A stretch of 64,000 bases of DNA from an uncultured delta proteobacterium (lineage in GTDB: Bacteria; Desulfobacterota; Zymogenia; Zymogenales; Zymogenaceae): assembly GCA_963735595.1 (NCBI GenBank), contig CAVTLK010000002.1:736001-800000 (forward strand). Reading direction: 5' to 3'. Below are positions 10,122 through 19,957 of this stretch, piece after piece; position 1 is the first letter of the stretch, and every line of letters begins with the position of its first letter. Position numbers and translations under genes: made by a program. The notes beneath the pieces are model-generated. The model was given only the letters and a program-made list of their open reading frames with translations, did no database searches and was not told where the DNA came from.

Positions 10122-11478
10122 AAGCCGAGCGGCATACGGTACGGGAGATACCGGAGCGTCAGGTCAAACAGGAAGGTCTGCTTCAAGACGCTCTTATAAT
10201 GCGTAAAGGTATCGAACGACGCCTTTCCGTGGTAGCTTCCCATACCGCTGGCGCCGTTCCCCCCAAACGGGAGGTACGGAGACGTAATCTGGATGATGGT
10301 ATCGTTGATGCCCACCCCGCCGGACAACGTCTCCCGGAGCACCCGATCCTGTTTCCCCTTATCCCGCGAAAAGAAGTAGAGAGCAAGGGGCCGCGGATCG
10401 GGCGTTGACGAAGGCGACAGCCTCCGAGAGGTCGTTGTATTCGATGACCGGCAGGATCGGCCCGAAGATTTCTTCCTGCATGACCGGGTCTCCCGGTGAG
10501 ACGGTATCGATGACCGTCGGTGAGATATATCGTCCGGCCTTGTCTTTCGCGCCGCCGGAAATGATACGCCCCCGGGAGAGGAGCCGCGCGAGGCGGTCGA
10601 AATGCCGGTCGCTGACGATTCGGGCGTAGTCGGGGCTCGCGGCGGGATCGGGCCCATAGAACCGGGCGATCGTATCGGTGATTTGGGTGAGGAGGCGGTC
10701 CTTGATCGCACGGTTGACCAGCAGGTAGTCCGGGGCAATGCAGGTCTGCCCGGCGTTGAAAAACTTCCCCCAGACGATACGGCGGGCCGTCTGGGTGATA
10801 TCGACGTCATCCTCGACGATACAGGGGCTCTTGCCCCCCAGCTCAAGGGTTACCGGGGTAGGGCCTTCGGCCGCGGCCTTCATGACGAGCCTCCCGACCC
10901 TCGTAGAGCCGGTATAGAAGATATAGTCAAACCGTTGTTTCAACAGGCTCCCGGCCACCTCCGGCCCTCCCTCGACGCAGGCAACGTAGGCGGGATCAAA
11001 CGTATCGGCGATAAGCCGCGCCAGGACGTGCGAGGTGTTCAGCGAGATCTCGGAGGGTTTGAGGACGGCGGTGTTTCCCGCCGCGATCGCCCCCACCAGC
11101 GGGGACAACAGGAGCTGGACCGGGTAATTCCACGGAGCGATGATAAGGGTCGCGCCGTACGGCTCGGGATAGATGAAGCTCCTCGTGTATTTATGGATCG
11201 GGGGGTTCTTCACCCGCCGGGGGCGGGCCCATTTCCCGAGGCGCCGCATGACGAACGCGATGTCGGCGAGGACGATGCCGAGCTCGGAGGTGTAGGCCTC
11301 CACCGGCGGCTTCCGGAGATCGGCGTCAAGGGCCTCCAGGATCTCGCGTTCGCGGGATATCAGACGCGGCCTTCAGGAGGTTGAGCTGTTTGAGGCGAAA
11401 TGAAACGTCCCTGGTTGCCCCGGTGGAAAAATAGTCCTTCTGCCGCTTGACCAGATCTGCGATTCGTGGCGGTTTCAT
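10091..11478 (-). CDS. Aldehyde dehydrogenase (ALDH3/coniferyl-aldehyde type), two apparent frameshifts near 11360 and 10395
   Basis: PWNYP, FTGS-like YTGS, LELGGKSP, NAGQTCIAPD, EEIFGP, LPFGG; N-terminus MKPPRIADLVKRQKDYF read manually. Confidence 0.85.
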
Positions 11479-11720
11479 TGCTATCCCCCGTATGTGAAGA
11501 CCCATACGCCCGGCGGATATCGCTGCCGCCGTCCACCAGCCGGGACCGCGGCGTTATGCCGGGCTATCCATACCGTATAGTATAATTATACCACGAGATT
11601 CACCGTCCAATCTGAACCGATGTGATAAATTTATCGGGAATAATCGCGTGAAACGAGGGCTTCCTTTGCGGCCGTAACGCGGCCGTGGGGAGGCGGCCCG
11701 ATGGGATGGGTAAAATAGGA

Positions 11721-11740
11721 GGGGCGGCCGCGGCCGCCCC
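11721..11740 (-). terminator. GC hairpin, probable terminator of the OMP gene
   Basis: GGGGCGGCCGCGGCCGCCCC palindrome followed on minus strand by TCCTATTTT. Confidence 0.5.
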
Positions 11741-11769
11741 CCCTGATTTCGTGCTATAAGTGGTATTCC

Positions 11770-12663
11770 TTACTTCATACTCATCGGGATCAACACCGGC
11801 ACCGGTACGGGGGCGGGGACCGCCGCGGGCACAACGGGCACGGCGCACAGGTCAAACATGTATCCTACGCTAAAGCTTCCGCCCCAGCGCTTGACCATCT
11901 GGGCTTCGAGGTTAAAGTAGAGCCGGTCATTTGCCATGTAGTCCAGCCCGACAACTACGCCGACAGGTTTTTCAGATTCCATCCTGAAGTCGTTCACGGA
12001 ATTAGCATCGCCAAGCTTATAGGCATAGAGGTATTCCTGCTCATAGCGGTATTCAACGCCCAGATAGGGGGTCAGACCGGTATCCCCGATATGCCATCCC
12101 GCATGGAGGTCGGCGGTAACCGCGTAGTCGGTATCCCGGTACTTAACCGGGGCGTCAACGTACGGGCCTCCGTTCGTGCTCGTCCTGAAGTTCACGTGAT
12201 TGTCGGTGACCGCAAACGTAAACGAGAGCCCACCGCCGAAATAGAACCCGTTCGGCGCCCGGTAGAAGGTCCCCTTTACCCCGGCACCGCAGATGAACCC
12301 CGAGCCGAGGTCAAAGACGTTTTCCTGAGGGAGTCTTCCCGTGGTTCCGATAATCATTGAAGATGACCCTGTTTTTTCGGCGCCGAGGCGGGCGCCCAGG
12401 AACGTATAGACGTCGATGTTGTCGGTCAGCCCGTATGTCACGTGGAGGGTCACGTCGTGCTCCTTAAGCCGCCAATTGTCGTCATACGAGGGCAGGAGGA
12501 TTGAAGATTCCGGATTAAGCGTAACCCTCATGGGGGTCTCGTAATACGAATACCGGAGCTCCGGCAGGAGCCTACAGGCCCCGATCGTGTCGCTCCCTTC
12601 ACCGGCGAACGCCGATACAGTTAAGACCAGCATAAACACGGAGATAAGAAGGAGTTTCTTCAT
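11770..12663 (-). CDS. Outer-membrane beta-barrel protein with Pro-rich C-terminal tail; paralog of 1-796
   Basis: Signal peptide SAFA, amphipathic strands, TADLHAGWHIGDTGLTPY shared with paralog. Confidence 0.8.
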   Translation of the reverse strand: MKKLLLISVFMLVLTVSAFAGEGSDTIGACRLLPELRYSYYETPMRVTLNPESSILLPSYDDNWRLKEHDVTLHVTYGLTDNIDVYTFLGARLGAEKTGSSSMIIGTTGRLPQENVFDLGSGFICGAGVKGTFYRAPNGFYFGGGLSFTFAVTDNHVNFRTSTNGGPYVDAPVKYRDTDYAVTADLHAGWHIGDTGLTPYLGVEYRYEQEYLYAYKLGDANSVNDFRMESEKPVGVVVGLDYMANDRLYFNLEAQMVKRWGGSFSVGYMFDLCAVPVVPAAVPAPVPVPVLIPMSMK

Positions 12664-13015
12664 CATTCTTTTACCTCGTCATAGATGTTCATGCCATTAT
12701 GGCACCATAACGCAACGCGTAGCCTTCCCACCGCCCCGGGCCGCGGCCAGGCTATCGTTGTTGCCTCCGGATAACTGGGAAAGTCGGCCTGGGTGCCAGC
12801 CGCGCTTCATTGAGGTGTTGACGTAAACGTCCCTCGGAGATAGGGAGAATTATATTAGAATGCACTAATAATAATTGTATCTATGACGGTCTGTCAAGTA
12901 AAATCGTTAATTATTGAAGAACGTAATGATAGAATCCTTAACAATATCTTACAAGGGTATTGAAATTTCGCATGATGCGGTATATACTGGAGCAAACAAC
13001 TGAAGAGGTCGAACG

Positions 13016-13360
13016 ATGAAAAAGACGCTTTTTATCTTCCCGGTATTGTTGCTCGCAGTCGCCCTGTTCGGCGCGGGTGCGGCCCTGGCGGCTCCCCAGC
13101 AGGGGGTGCTGGTGGACGAAAACGGTACTCCCCTCGAGGGCTTTTCCAACGTCTGGATTGAGAACGGCATTGCCTATCCCGTCTATAATCCCACGACACA
13201 CCTGTGGTACAGCGTGTTCATCATCGGGACAGGCGAAGACGGCGTCGTCCGATGCACGATCGGCGAGCCGCTGGGCGCGAGCGGCGACTTTGACGAGGGG
13301 GACGACCAGGGACCGGACCAGCAGCTGTTGCATGATGACGACGCTACTTCACTACAGTAA
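13016..13360 (+). CDS. Small secreted protein; paralog of 3327-3653
   Basis: Signal peptide AALA-APQQG, YNPTTHLWYSVFI, acidic tail. Confidence 0.75.
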   Translation: MKKTLFIFPVLLLAVALFGAGAALAAPQQGVLVDENGTPLEGFSNVWIENGIAYPVYNPTTHLWYSVFIIGTGEDGVVRCTIGEPLGASGDFDEGDDQGPDQQLLHDDDATSLQ

Positions 13361-13454
13361 CGGTGAACCGTTAGTTGTACGGGATAATGAAATCCCGGAC
13401 TGAGTCGTCGGCACATTTTTCGGCGGGGCCGGCATATTACCGATGCCTGGCGAC

Positions 13455-13487
13455 AAAAAAGGGGGGGATACAATCCCCCCCTTTTTT
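13455..13487. terminator. Bidirectional intrinsic terminator
   Basis: A6-GGGGGGGAT-aca-ATCCCCCCC-T6. Confidence 0.8.
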
Positions 13488-13512
13488 GATCTGACGTATC
13501 GATTCGGCCCGG

Positions 13513-13656
13513 TTAGAATTCGTACCGCACGCCGACCGTGAACCCGTGGGAATCGTAGTTCCTGCGGAGCTCGGCGTTGTAGTCCCCGTATACCGAGAAC
13601 CCCTTCCCGAAATAGGCCGTCACTCCCAGCCCCAGCAGCGCGCTGTCCCGATAAGG
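13513..13656 (-). pseudogene. Orphan C-terminal fragment of an autotransporter-type beta-barrel
   Basis: Manual translation PYRDSALLGLGVTAYFGKGFSVYGDYNAELRRNYDSHGFTVGVRYEF-stop; in-frame TAG directly upstream and no credible start/RBS. Confidence 0.7.
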
Positions 13657-13673
13657 CTAATTGTACAGTGATT

Positions 13674-13702
13674 TCTATATACCCGGCCGTTTTTCCTGTC
13701 AA
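13674..13702 (-). promoter_or_regulatory. Sigma70-like promoter
   Basis: TTGACA (13702-13697), 17-bp spacer, TATAGA (13679-13674). Confidence 0.5.
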
Positions 13703-13711
13703 TAAAAAAAC

Positions 13712-13727
13712 TGTGATCTAGATCACA
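13712..13727. promoter_or_regulatory. CRP/FNR-family binding site
   Basis: TGTGATCTAGATCACA, perfect palindrome identical to the core of the CRP consensus. Confidence 0.7.
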
Positions 13728-13813
13728 TTCTGAGGCGCCGGGAAGGTACGGTGAGCAGGGGACGGACGTGTCGACGTCTTCCGAATAAACGGGCGCCGGT
13801 TGCCCGGCCGCCG

Positions 13814-14932
13814 TTAGCGGTGCACGAGGGTGATCCTGACGACCTCGGGGTGGGTGAGGATGCGCACGGGCGGACCCCAGGTGCCCAGGCCGCTGGTGAC
13901 GTAGACCTGCATCGGACCGATCCGGCCCGACCCGTAGCTTACGGTATAGACGAAGTCGGTGATTATTGTAGCGGGGAAGATCTGGCCGTGGTGGGAGTGG
14001 CCGGCGAGCATCAGGTCGACGCCGGCGGCCGCGTATATCTCAAGGTCGACCGGGCGGTGGGCCAGGAGGATCGTCGGCAATTCCGGGTCGCGGCCGGCCA
14101 AGAGGCCCGCCAGCGGCACCCGCGTATTGCGCGACCGCGCGTCGTCCAGCCCGACGAGCGTGGCGATACCCGGGATCGTCACCGCCTCGTCCCTCAGCAC
14201 CCGGATGCCGGCAGACTCGATGAAGCGCAGGGACGTTTCGCCCCCCCCGTGGTACTCGTGATTGCCGGGAACGGCATAGACGCCCAGCGGGGCGCGGAGG
14301 CGGGAGAGTATCCCGCCCGCGCGGCCGAGCCCGTCGACGCTCCCCTCGACGAGGTCGCCGCCGAGCAGGATGATGTCCGGGTTTTCGGCATTGATCGCCT
14401 CGACGAAGGCCTCAACCCTGCTTTCGGGAACGGTCGGCCCGACGTGAAGGTCCGATGCAAACACGATGGTCGTGGGATTATGGGCCTTCGGGAGTTTTGC
14501 CAGCGCGGCCGTTACGGGCTGGACCCGGATAAACCGCGTGTTGAGCCAGCCGAAGAAGACAATCAGGACGACGAGCGCAATGGACCCGAAAAAGAAGTTC
14601 GTCCCGGTAAACCGGCGGTGTTTCCTGACCCGCGCGGGGATGACAGGCGTGAGGCGGTCAATGAGCCTCACCGCGTCCGAAAGCAGGGTAATCAGGAAGA
14701 AATAGACCATCGCCACGACCCAGAGCGAGCCGACGACGTTTAAGACGTTCCAGACGGGGCCGTACAGAACGTCCTCGAGGGAGTGCATGAGCGGAAAGCC
14801 GACGGCCAGCGCGACGAAGAGGAGCTTCAGCCCGATTACCCACTGGCCGCTGCCCTTGACGGCGGCAAAGCCGCGGAAGAAGATGTAGGCGTTTATCAGG
14901 ACGTAGATAACCAGGAAACGCACGAAGAACAT
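13814..14932 (-). CDS. Membrane-bound metallophosphoesterase (YkuE-like)
   Basis: N-terminal TMs; DLH, GGD, GNHE, GHSHHGQ. Confidence 0.9.
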   Translation of the reverse strand: MFFVRFLVIYVLINAYIFFRGFAAVKGSGQWVIGLKLLFVALAVGFPLMHSLEDVLYGPVWNVLNVVGSLWVVAMVYFFLITLLSDAVRLIDRLTPVIPARVRKHRRFTGTNFFFGSIALVVLIVFFGWLNTRFIRVQPVTAALAKLPKAHNPTTIVFASDLHVGPTVPESRVEAFVEAINAENPDIILLGGDLVEGSVDGLGRAGGILSRLRAPLGVYAVPGNHEYHGGGETSLRFIESAGIRVLRDEAVTIPGIATLVGLDDARSRNTRVPLAGLLAGRDPELPTILLAHRPVDLEIYAAAGVDLMLAGHSHHGQIFPATIITDFVYTVSYGSGRIGPMQVYVTSGLGTWGPPVRILTHPEVVRITLVHR

Positions 14933-15103
14933 GAGATTTCCCCCGTTTCTGACGGTACCGCTCGATATTCTATTCTTAACTATACTATTATACTATAGGT
15001 TTCCGCTAAATGACAGAAAAAAATCGCGCCCCAGAAACGAGACAATTGTAAAAGTGACGGCGCTGTGTTAAGGTATGCCACGGGTTTTCTCGGAGGAATA
15101 GCC

Positions 15104-16264
15104 ATGACTTTCGATCCAAAGACGCTGTATCGGTTGCCAAAAGGAGTCCGGACGCGCTGGGCCAGTCCCGAAAACTGGGGCGGTGCCCCGGGCGCAGGCG
15201 GCAAGGAAAACGCCGGCCGCAAGGGCTCTCCCTTTTTCTACCTTCCGGCCGGGGCAAGCAAGGTCCTTGCCGAGGCCGCCGGCGATCCCGGCACGCTCAG
15301 GCGTATCTGGATAACAATTTCGGACCGAAGCCCCAAGATGCTCCGCGGGATACGGCTTGACATCTTCTGGGACGGGGCGGACAAACCGGCGGTTTCGGCC
15401 CCCCTGGGGGATTTTTTCGGCCACGGCCTCGGGCGGATGCGCCCATTTCAGTCGTGCCTCTTTTCGAGCGCCGAGGGCAGGAGCTTTACGAGCGTCGTCC
15501 CGATGCCGTTTCGGACCGGCATGAAGGCGGTCGTGACCAACGAGAACGACACCGACCTGACGCTCTTTTACTATGACGTCAGCTATACGGTCGGCGACGA
15601 GCATCCGGACAGCACCCCCTACTTCCATGCGCATTTCAGGAGGGAAAACCCGACGACTCTTAAGCGGGACTTCGAGATACTACCGCGCGTGGCCGGCGCC
15701 GGGCGCTACCTCGGCGCCCAGATCGGGGTCATCGTCGATAAAAAGCTCTATGCCGGCACCTGGTGGGGGGAAGGCGAGGCGAAGATCTACCTCGACGGCG
15801 ATCGGGAGCTGCCCACGCTCTGCGGCACGGGGACCGAGGACTATATCGGCACGGCATTCGGCCAGGGAAGGTTCGATCATCTCTACCAGGGCTGTCCGCT
15901 GGCCGATGAGAAGAACATGCAGTTTTCCTTCTATCGGCTTCATGTACCTGACCCGGTATATTTCACAAAGGACGTTCGGGTCACCCTCCAGCAGATGGGG
16001 ATATGGGAAGAAAAGACGAGGGCCGAGCTTGAAAAGGCATCCCCCAAGGTCTTTCGGGCCGGTCCGGGTATGGAGGAGGTCGATCTCCGTGAGCTCGGCG
16101 ACGCCTGGCCCATCGGCTACTTCGAGCGGGCCGACGACGTCTCCAGTTGTGTCTATTTCTACCTGGATCGGCCGGCAAACGATCTCGGTGCGATCACGGC
16201 CGCGCCCGAACGCATGGCGGGTCTCACCGAGGATACCGATATAAAGACCCACGAGGGTATCTGA
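15104..16264 (+). CDS. Glycoside hydrolase family 172 (DUF2961)
   Basis: WASPEN, PLGDFFG, WWGEGE, GTGTEDY; GGAGG RBS before ATG 15104. Confidence 0.85.
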   Translation: MTFDPKTLYRLPKGVRTRWASPENWGGAPGAGGKENAGRKGSPFFYLPAGASKVLAEAAGDPGTLRRIWITISDRSPKMLRGIRLDIFWDGADKPAVSAPLGDFFGHGLGRMRPFQSCLFSSAEGRSFTSVVPMPFRTGMKAVVTNENDTDLTLFYYDVSYTVGDEHPDSTPYFHAHFRRENPTTLKRDFEILPRVAGAGRYLGAQIGVIVDKKLYAGTWWGEGEAKIYLDGDRELPTLCGTGTEDYIGTAFGQGRFDHLYQGCPLADEKNMQFSFYRLHVPDPVYFTKDVRVTLQQMGIWEEKTRAELEKASPKVFRAGPGMEEVDLRELGDAWPIGYFERADDVSSCVYFYLDRPANDLGAITAAPERMAGLTEDTDIKTHEGI

Positions 16265-16296
16265 GGTCAAGTGATGGCCCTGTCCGCAGGGCCGCA

Positions 16297-17172
16297 TCAG
16301 ACCGCGCAGCCCTTGATACCCCGTTTCTGGTAATAGCGCTGGTGGTAATCCTCTGCCGGATAGAAGACTCCCGCGGGGACGATCTGGGTGACGATCAGCC
16401 GGTTGTGGTCTTTCTGGGCCTCTTTCACCGATTCGACGGCCTCTTTCTTCTGGTCTTCGTCGAAGTAAAACAGGGCCGACCGGTATTGAGAGCCCACGTC
16501 CGGCCCCTGCCGGTTGAGCGTCGTCGGATCGTGTATCTTCCAGAACAGGTCCAGAAGCTCGCGGTATGTTACGACGCCGGAGTCATACTCCACCAGAACC
16601 GTCTCGGCATGGCCGGTCGTGCTTGAGCAGACGTCCTCGTACGTCGGGTTCTCGGTGCGCCCGCCCATGTAGCCCACCGTCGTATTCACGACCCCCGGGA
16701 CCGTCCTGAAAGACTCCTCCACGCCCCAGAAGCATCCGGCGGCGAAGGCGGCGGTGCGGGTCGGGGCGGATTCGGTACCGCGTCCCTTGAAATCGAGGGA
16801 GACCGAATTGATGCAGTAGCGCTGTCCCGTCGGTTTGGGCCCGTCGTCAAAGAGGTGGCCCAGGTGGCTGCCGCATTTAGCGCACGTGACCTCCGTGCGC
16901 ACCATGCCGTGAGACGTATCGCGCCTGAGATCGACGGCGTCTTTTGCTACGTCAAAGAAGCTCGGCCAGCCGCTGCCCGAGTCGTATTTCCTGTCCGAGT
17001 CAAACAGTACCGCGCCGCAGACCTTGCAGGAATAGACGCCCTTTTTCTTGTTGGCATTGTAGGCGCCCGAGAACGGGGGCTCGGTGCCCTTCTCCCTCAG
17101 CACGCGGTACTCCTGCGGCGTCAGGCGCTCCTTAAGCTTCTTTTCATCTATTGTTTCCGTTGATTTCTTCAT
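16297..17172 (-). CDS. msrAB: Bifunctional methionine sulfoxide reductase, MsrB-MsrA order
   Basis: [24 protein letters not shown] (MsrB); GCFWG, GHAE, YHQRY (MsrA). Confidence 0.95.
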   Translation of the reverse strand: MKKSTETIDEKKLKERLTPQEYRVLREKGTEPPFSGAYNANKKKGVYSCKVCGAVLFDSDRKYDSGSGWPSFFDVAKDAVDLRRDTSHGMVRTEVTCAKCGSHLGHLFDDGPKPTGQRYCINSVSLDFKGRGTESAPTRTAAFAAGCFWGVEESFRTVPGVVNTTVGYMGGRTENPTYEDVCSSTTGHAETVLVEYDSGVVTYRELLDLFWKIHDPTTLNRQGPDVGSQYRSALFYFDEDQKKEAVESVKEAQKDHNRLIVTQIVPAGVFYPAEDYHQRYYQKRGIKGCAV

Positions 17173-17394
17173 TGTCCGGCTCCTGGGCTATTTCTATAAC
17201 TAATTTATACTATTTAGATATAATATAAGCACCGGCACGCGAAATTCAACCCGCACGGGAGTGAACGCGGCTCCTGTTTTGCGTCGGGATAAGAGAAATA
17301 GTTGACTATTGGCCCGCAAGGCGCTACTATACAAAATTTACGGCGTTGAGGCCCTCGTCCCTCGTCACATTGCCGACGTATATGGGGTTATACC

Positions 17395-18030
17395 ATGGAA
17401 TTCAGGCTCTTTGACCTCCTGCTGCCCAGGGAGGTTGCATTTTTTAAGTACCTCAACCAGCAGATGGACCTCCTATGCCGCGCCTGTGAATCGTTCAAGG
17501 GACTCGTTTCGCAGATCAAGCACCTGTCCCACGAAGAGATTCATCACTATACGGCCTACATCAAGGAATACGAGTCCAAGGAAGACGAATTTGAGCGCGA
17601 GATCATCATTCAGCTCAACAAGACCTTCATAACGCCCCTGGACCGGGGAGACATCCACGAGATCGTCATCGGCATCGGACACTCGATGGACCTGCTCAAC
17701 AACGTCGCCCAGAAGATAGACAAGTACCGCGTGGCGGAAGTACCCGAAAACCTCACGAGGTTCGTGGATATCATGGTCCAGGTGGCAGACGAGCTTAAAA
17801 AACTTATCGGCTCACTGGAGACGAGGAAAGGGCTGCCGTCTTTGATCAACAAGATACACGCACTGGAGGTGGAGGCCGATACGCTTACCCACGCGAGCAT
17901 GGCCGAGCTCTTCCAGATGAAAGATCCGGTCTATATCATAAAATTCAAGGACATCTACGAGCAGCTGGAGGACATCATCAATTCCATGGACGATATAGCC
18001 AAGCTCATCAGGGGAATCACGCTCAAGTAG
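17395..18030 (+). CDS. DUF47 phosphate transport regulator (Pit accessory)
   Basis: TFITPLDRGDI, E.EAD; directly upstream of Pit. Confidence 0.88.
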   Translation: MEFRLFDLLLPREVAFFKYLNQQMDLLCRACESFKGLVSQIKHLSHEEIHHYTAYIKEYESKEDEFEREIIIQLNKTFITPLDRGDIHEIVIGIGHSMDLLNNVAQKIDKYRVAEVPENLTRFVDIMVQVADELKKLIGSLETRKGLPSLINKIHALEVEADTLTHASMAELFQMKDPVYIIKFKDIYEQLEDIINSMDDIAKLIRGITLK

Positions 18031-18037
18031 GTACCGT

Positions 18038-19027
18038 ATGCACCTGACGTTCGCCGTATCTATCATCGCTCTGGCGCTTATCTTCGACTTTTTCAACGGT
18101 TTTCACGACGCGGCAAATTCCATTGCCACGGTCGTGGTGACCAGGACGCTCTCTCCTTTTCAGGCCGTCCTGATGGCGGGGTTTGCCAATTTCATCGGTT
18201 TTCTCTTCTTCGGGGTAACGGTCGCCCATACCGTCGGCAAAGGGATCGTGGACAGCAACGCGGTAACGCTGCCGATTATTTTTGCGGCGCTGGTGGGCGC
18301 CATCAGCTGGAATATCCTGACCTGGCTCCTGGGCCTTCCCACCTCGAGCAGCCACGCCCTCATCGGGGGCCTGGTGGGCAGCACGGTGGCGGGCGTCGGC
18401 GTCAGGGCGGTTCACGTCAGCGGGGTGATCAAGGTCGTCGCCTTTATCTTCGTCGCGCCGCTGTTGGGGATGCTCGGGGCGATCCTTTTCACACTGCTTA
18501 TCATCTGGATTTTCCATCGGTTCAACCGACAGCGGACCAATACGGTATTCAAGAGGCTCCAGCTGGTCTCGGCGATGGTATATAGCGTCGGCCACGGGAC
18601 CAACGACGCCCAGAAGACGATGGGCATTATAACACTCGTCCTTTTCTCATCGGGCATGATCGAGACGTTTGAGGTCCACCGGTGGGTCGTCTTCGCGTGC
18701 TATTTTGCCATTGCCCTGGGGACCGTCTTCGGCGGGTGGCGGATCGTCGAGACGATGGGCACCAACATTACGAAGATCAGGCCGATGGAGGGCTTCTGTG
18801 CGGAGACCTCGTCCGCTGTCGTCCTCCTGGGGACGGCGCACTTCGGCATACCGGTCAGCACCACCCACGTGATCGCCGGCTCCATCATGGGGGTCGGCAC
18901 GGTGGAGGGGGCCAGGGGCGTCAGGTGGGTAACCGCGCGCCGGATCATCTGGGCGTGGTTTCTGACCATACCCGCGACAGGCATATTTTCCGCCCTGGCT
19001 TACTGGGCCGTATCCCTCGTTATATAG
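18038..19027 (+). CDS. pit: Inorganic phosphate transporter (PiT family)
   Basis: GFHDAANSIAT, PTSSSH, HGTNDAQK, PVSTTH. Confidence 0.93.
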   Translation: MHLTFAVSIIALALIFDFFNGFHDAANSIATVVVTRTLSPFQAVLMAGFANFIGFLFFGVTVAHTVGKGIVDSNAVTLPIIFAALVGAISWNILTWLLGLPTSSSHALIGGLVGSTVAGVGVRAVHVSGVIKVVAFIFVAPLLGMLGAILFTLLIIWIFHRFNRQRTNTVFKRLQLVSAMVYSVGHGTNDAQKTMGIITLVLFSSGMIETFEVHRWVVFACYFAIALGTVFGGWRIVETMGTNITKIRPMEGFCAETSSAVVLLGTAHFGIPVSTTHVIAGSIMGVGTVEGARGVRWVTARRIIWAWFLTIPATGIFSALAYWAVSLVI

Positions 19028-19054
19028 GGAGCCGAAACGGCCGACGATCCAATC

Positions 19055-19846
19055 CTACCCGTGGACGTAATCCCCGATAGTCCGGAAGCGTTTCATTTCC
19101 TCATCGGACAGCGGTCCCTTTTTCAGCGCGGCCAGACCCTCGATCATCTGCGACTCGTTATCGGGCCCCATCATGCACAGGTCGACGTGGGGGTCGGTCA
19201 GGACGAACCGATAGCAGTCCGACGCCGTCATGGGCTTCTCGCCTGCCGGCATTTTCTTCGGGTTCAGGAGCTTGCCCCACCGCGTGGCCGTATAGATGGT
19301 CAGCCCCGGGCGTTTAGCGCCGGAGAGAAACGGGAATATCTCCTGCTCGGCCCCGCGATGGGCGGCATTGTACCTGATCATAAAGATATCGATGGGTGAG
19401 TCAGCCCTCCGGGCGATCTTGCCGAAGAGCGTGCGGTTATGGCCCGACATGCCGATGAACCGGATCAGGCCTTTCTCACGCAGCTCAAGCGCCGCGTCGA
19501 TAATCCGCGCCGGCGGATACCAGTTGTTCCAGCCGAGCAGCAGCACGTCGGCGCGGTCGATGCCGAGGGACTTGATGCCCGTCCGCACGGAGCGGCGCAC
19601 CGTCAGGCCGAGGTGGTCGTACGACTGCAGGACGATGACGATCTCGTCCCGGTTGCCCCTGACGAGGTTCCTGAGGCCGTCCTGCATACCGGCCCTCCGG
19701 GGGGTGCTCCAATAAAAGTAGTTAATCCCGTATTCATGAAAGGCGCGCTCGACGCCGCCGGCGCCGATCCCGTAGCCCCCGGCAAGCCCCAGGCGGCTCA
19801 CCGAGAGCCCGGTCCTCCCGAGGACCCTGTTTTTCATAGAATCCAT
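19055..19846 (-). CDS. Aldo/keto reductase
   Basis: RVLGRTGLSVSRLGL, KGLIRFIGMSGH, IRYN. Confidence 0.8.
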   Translation of the reverse strand: MDSMKNRVLGRTGLSVSRLGLAGGYGIGAGGVERAFHEYGINYFYWSTPRRAGMQDGLRNLVRGNRDEIVIVLQSYDHLGLTVRRSVRTGIKSLGIDRADVLLLGWNNWYPPARIIDAALELREKGLIRFIGMSGHNRTLFGKIARRADSPIDIFMIRYNAAHRGAEQEIFPFLSGAKRPGLTIYTATRWGKLLNPKKMPAGEKPMTASDCYRFVLTDPHVDLCMMGPDNESQMIEGLAALKKGPLSDEEMKRFRTIGDYVHG

Positions 19847-19937
19847 TATTATATACTCCCGTACGTAAAGAATCTGACAGTCACGGCACGTGCCTCGGCC
19901 GCGTGGATCGCGGGTGATTACCGTAACCGACGATAGA

Positions 19938-19956
19938 GGGCGGCGCACCGCCGCCC
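19938..19956 (-). promoter_or_regulatory. Candidate bacterial SECIS for the C-terminal Sec
   Basis: GGGCGGCG-GUG-CGCCGCCC begins 10 nt after UGA, no U-tract. Confidence 0.6.
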
Positions 19957-19957
19957 G

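Noticed and set aside
16297..16311. MsrA ends GCAV-stop, echoing the GUAV-stop of the selenoprotein
   Set aside because: Ordinary Cys codon and likely resolving Cys; treated as coincidence
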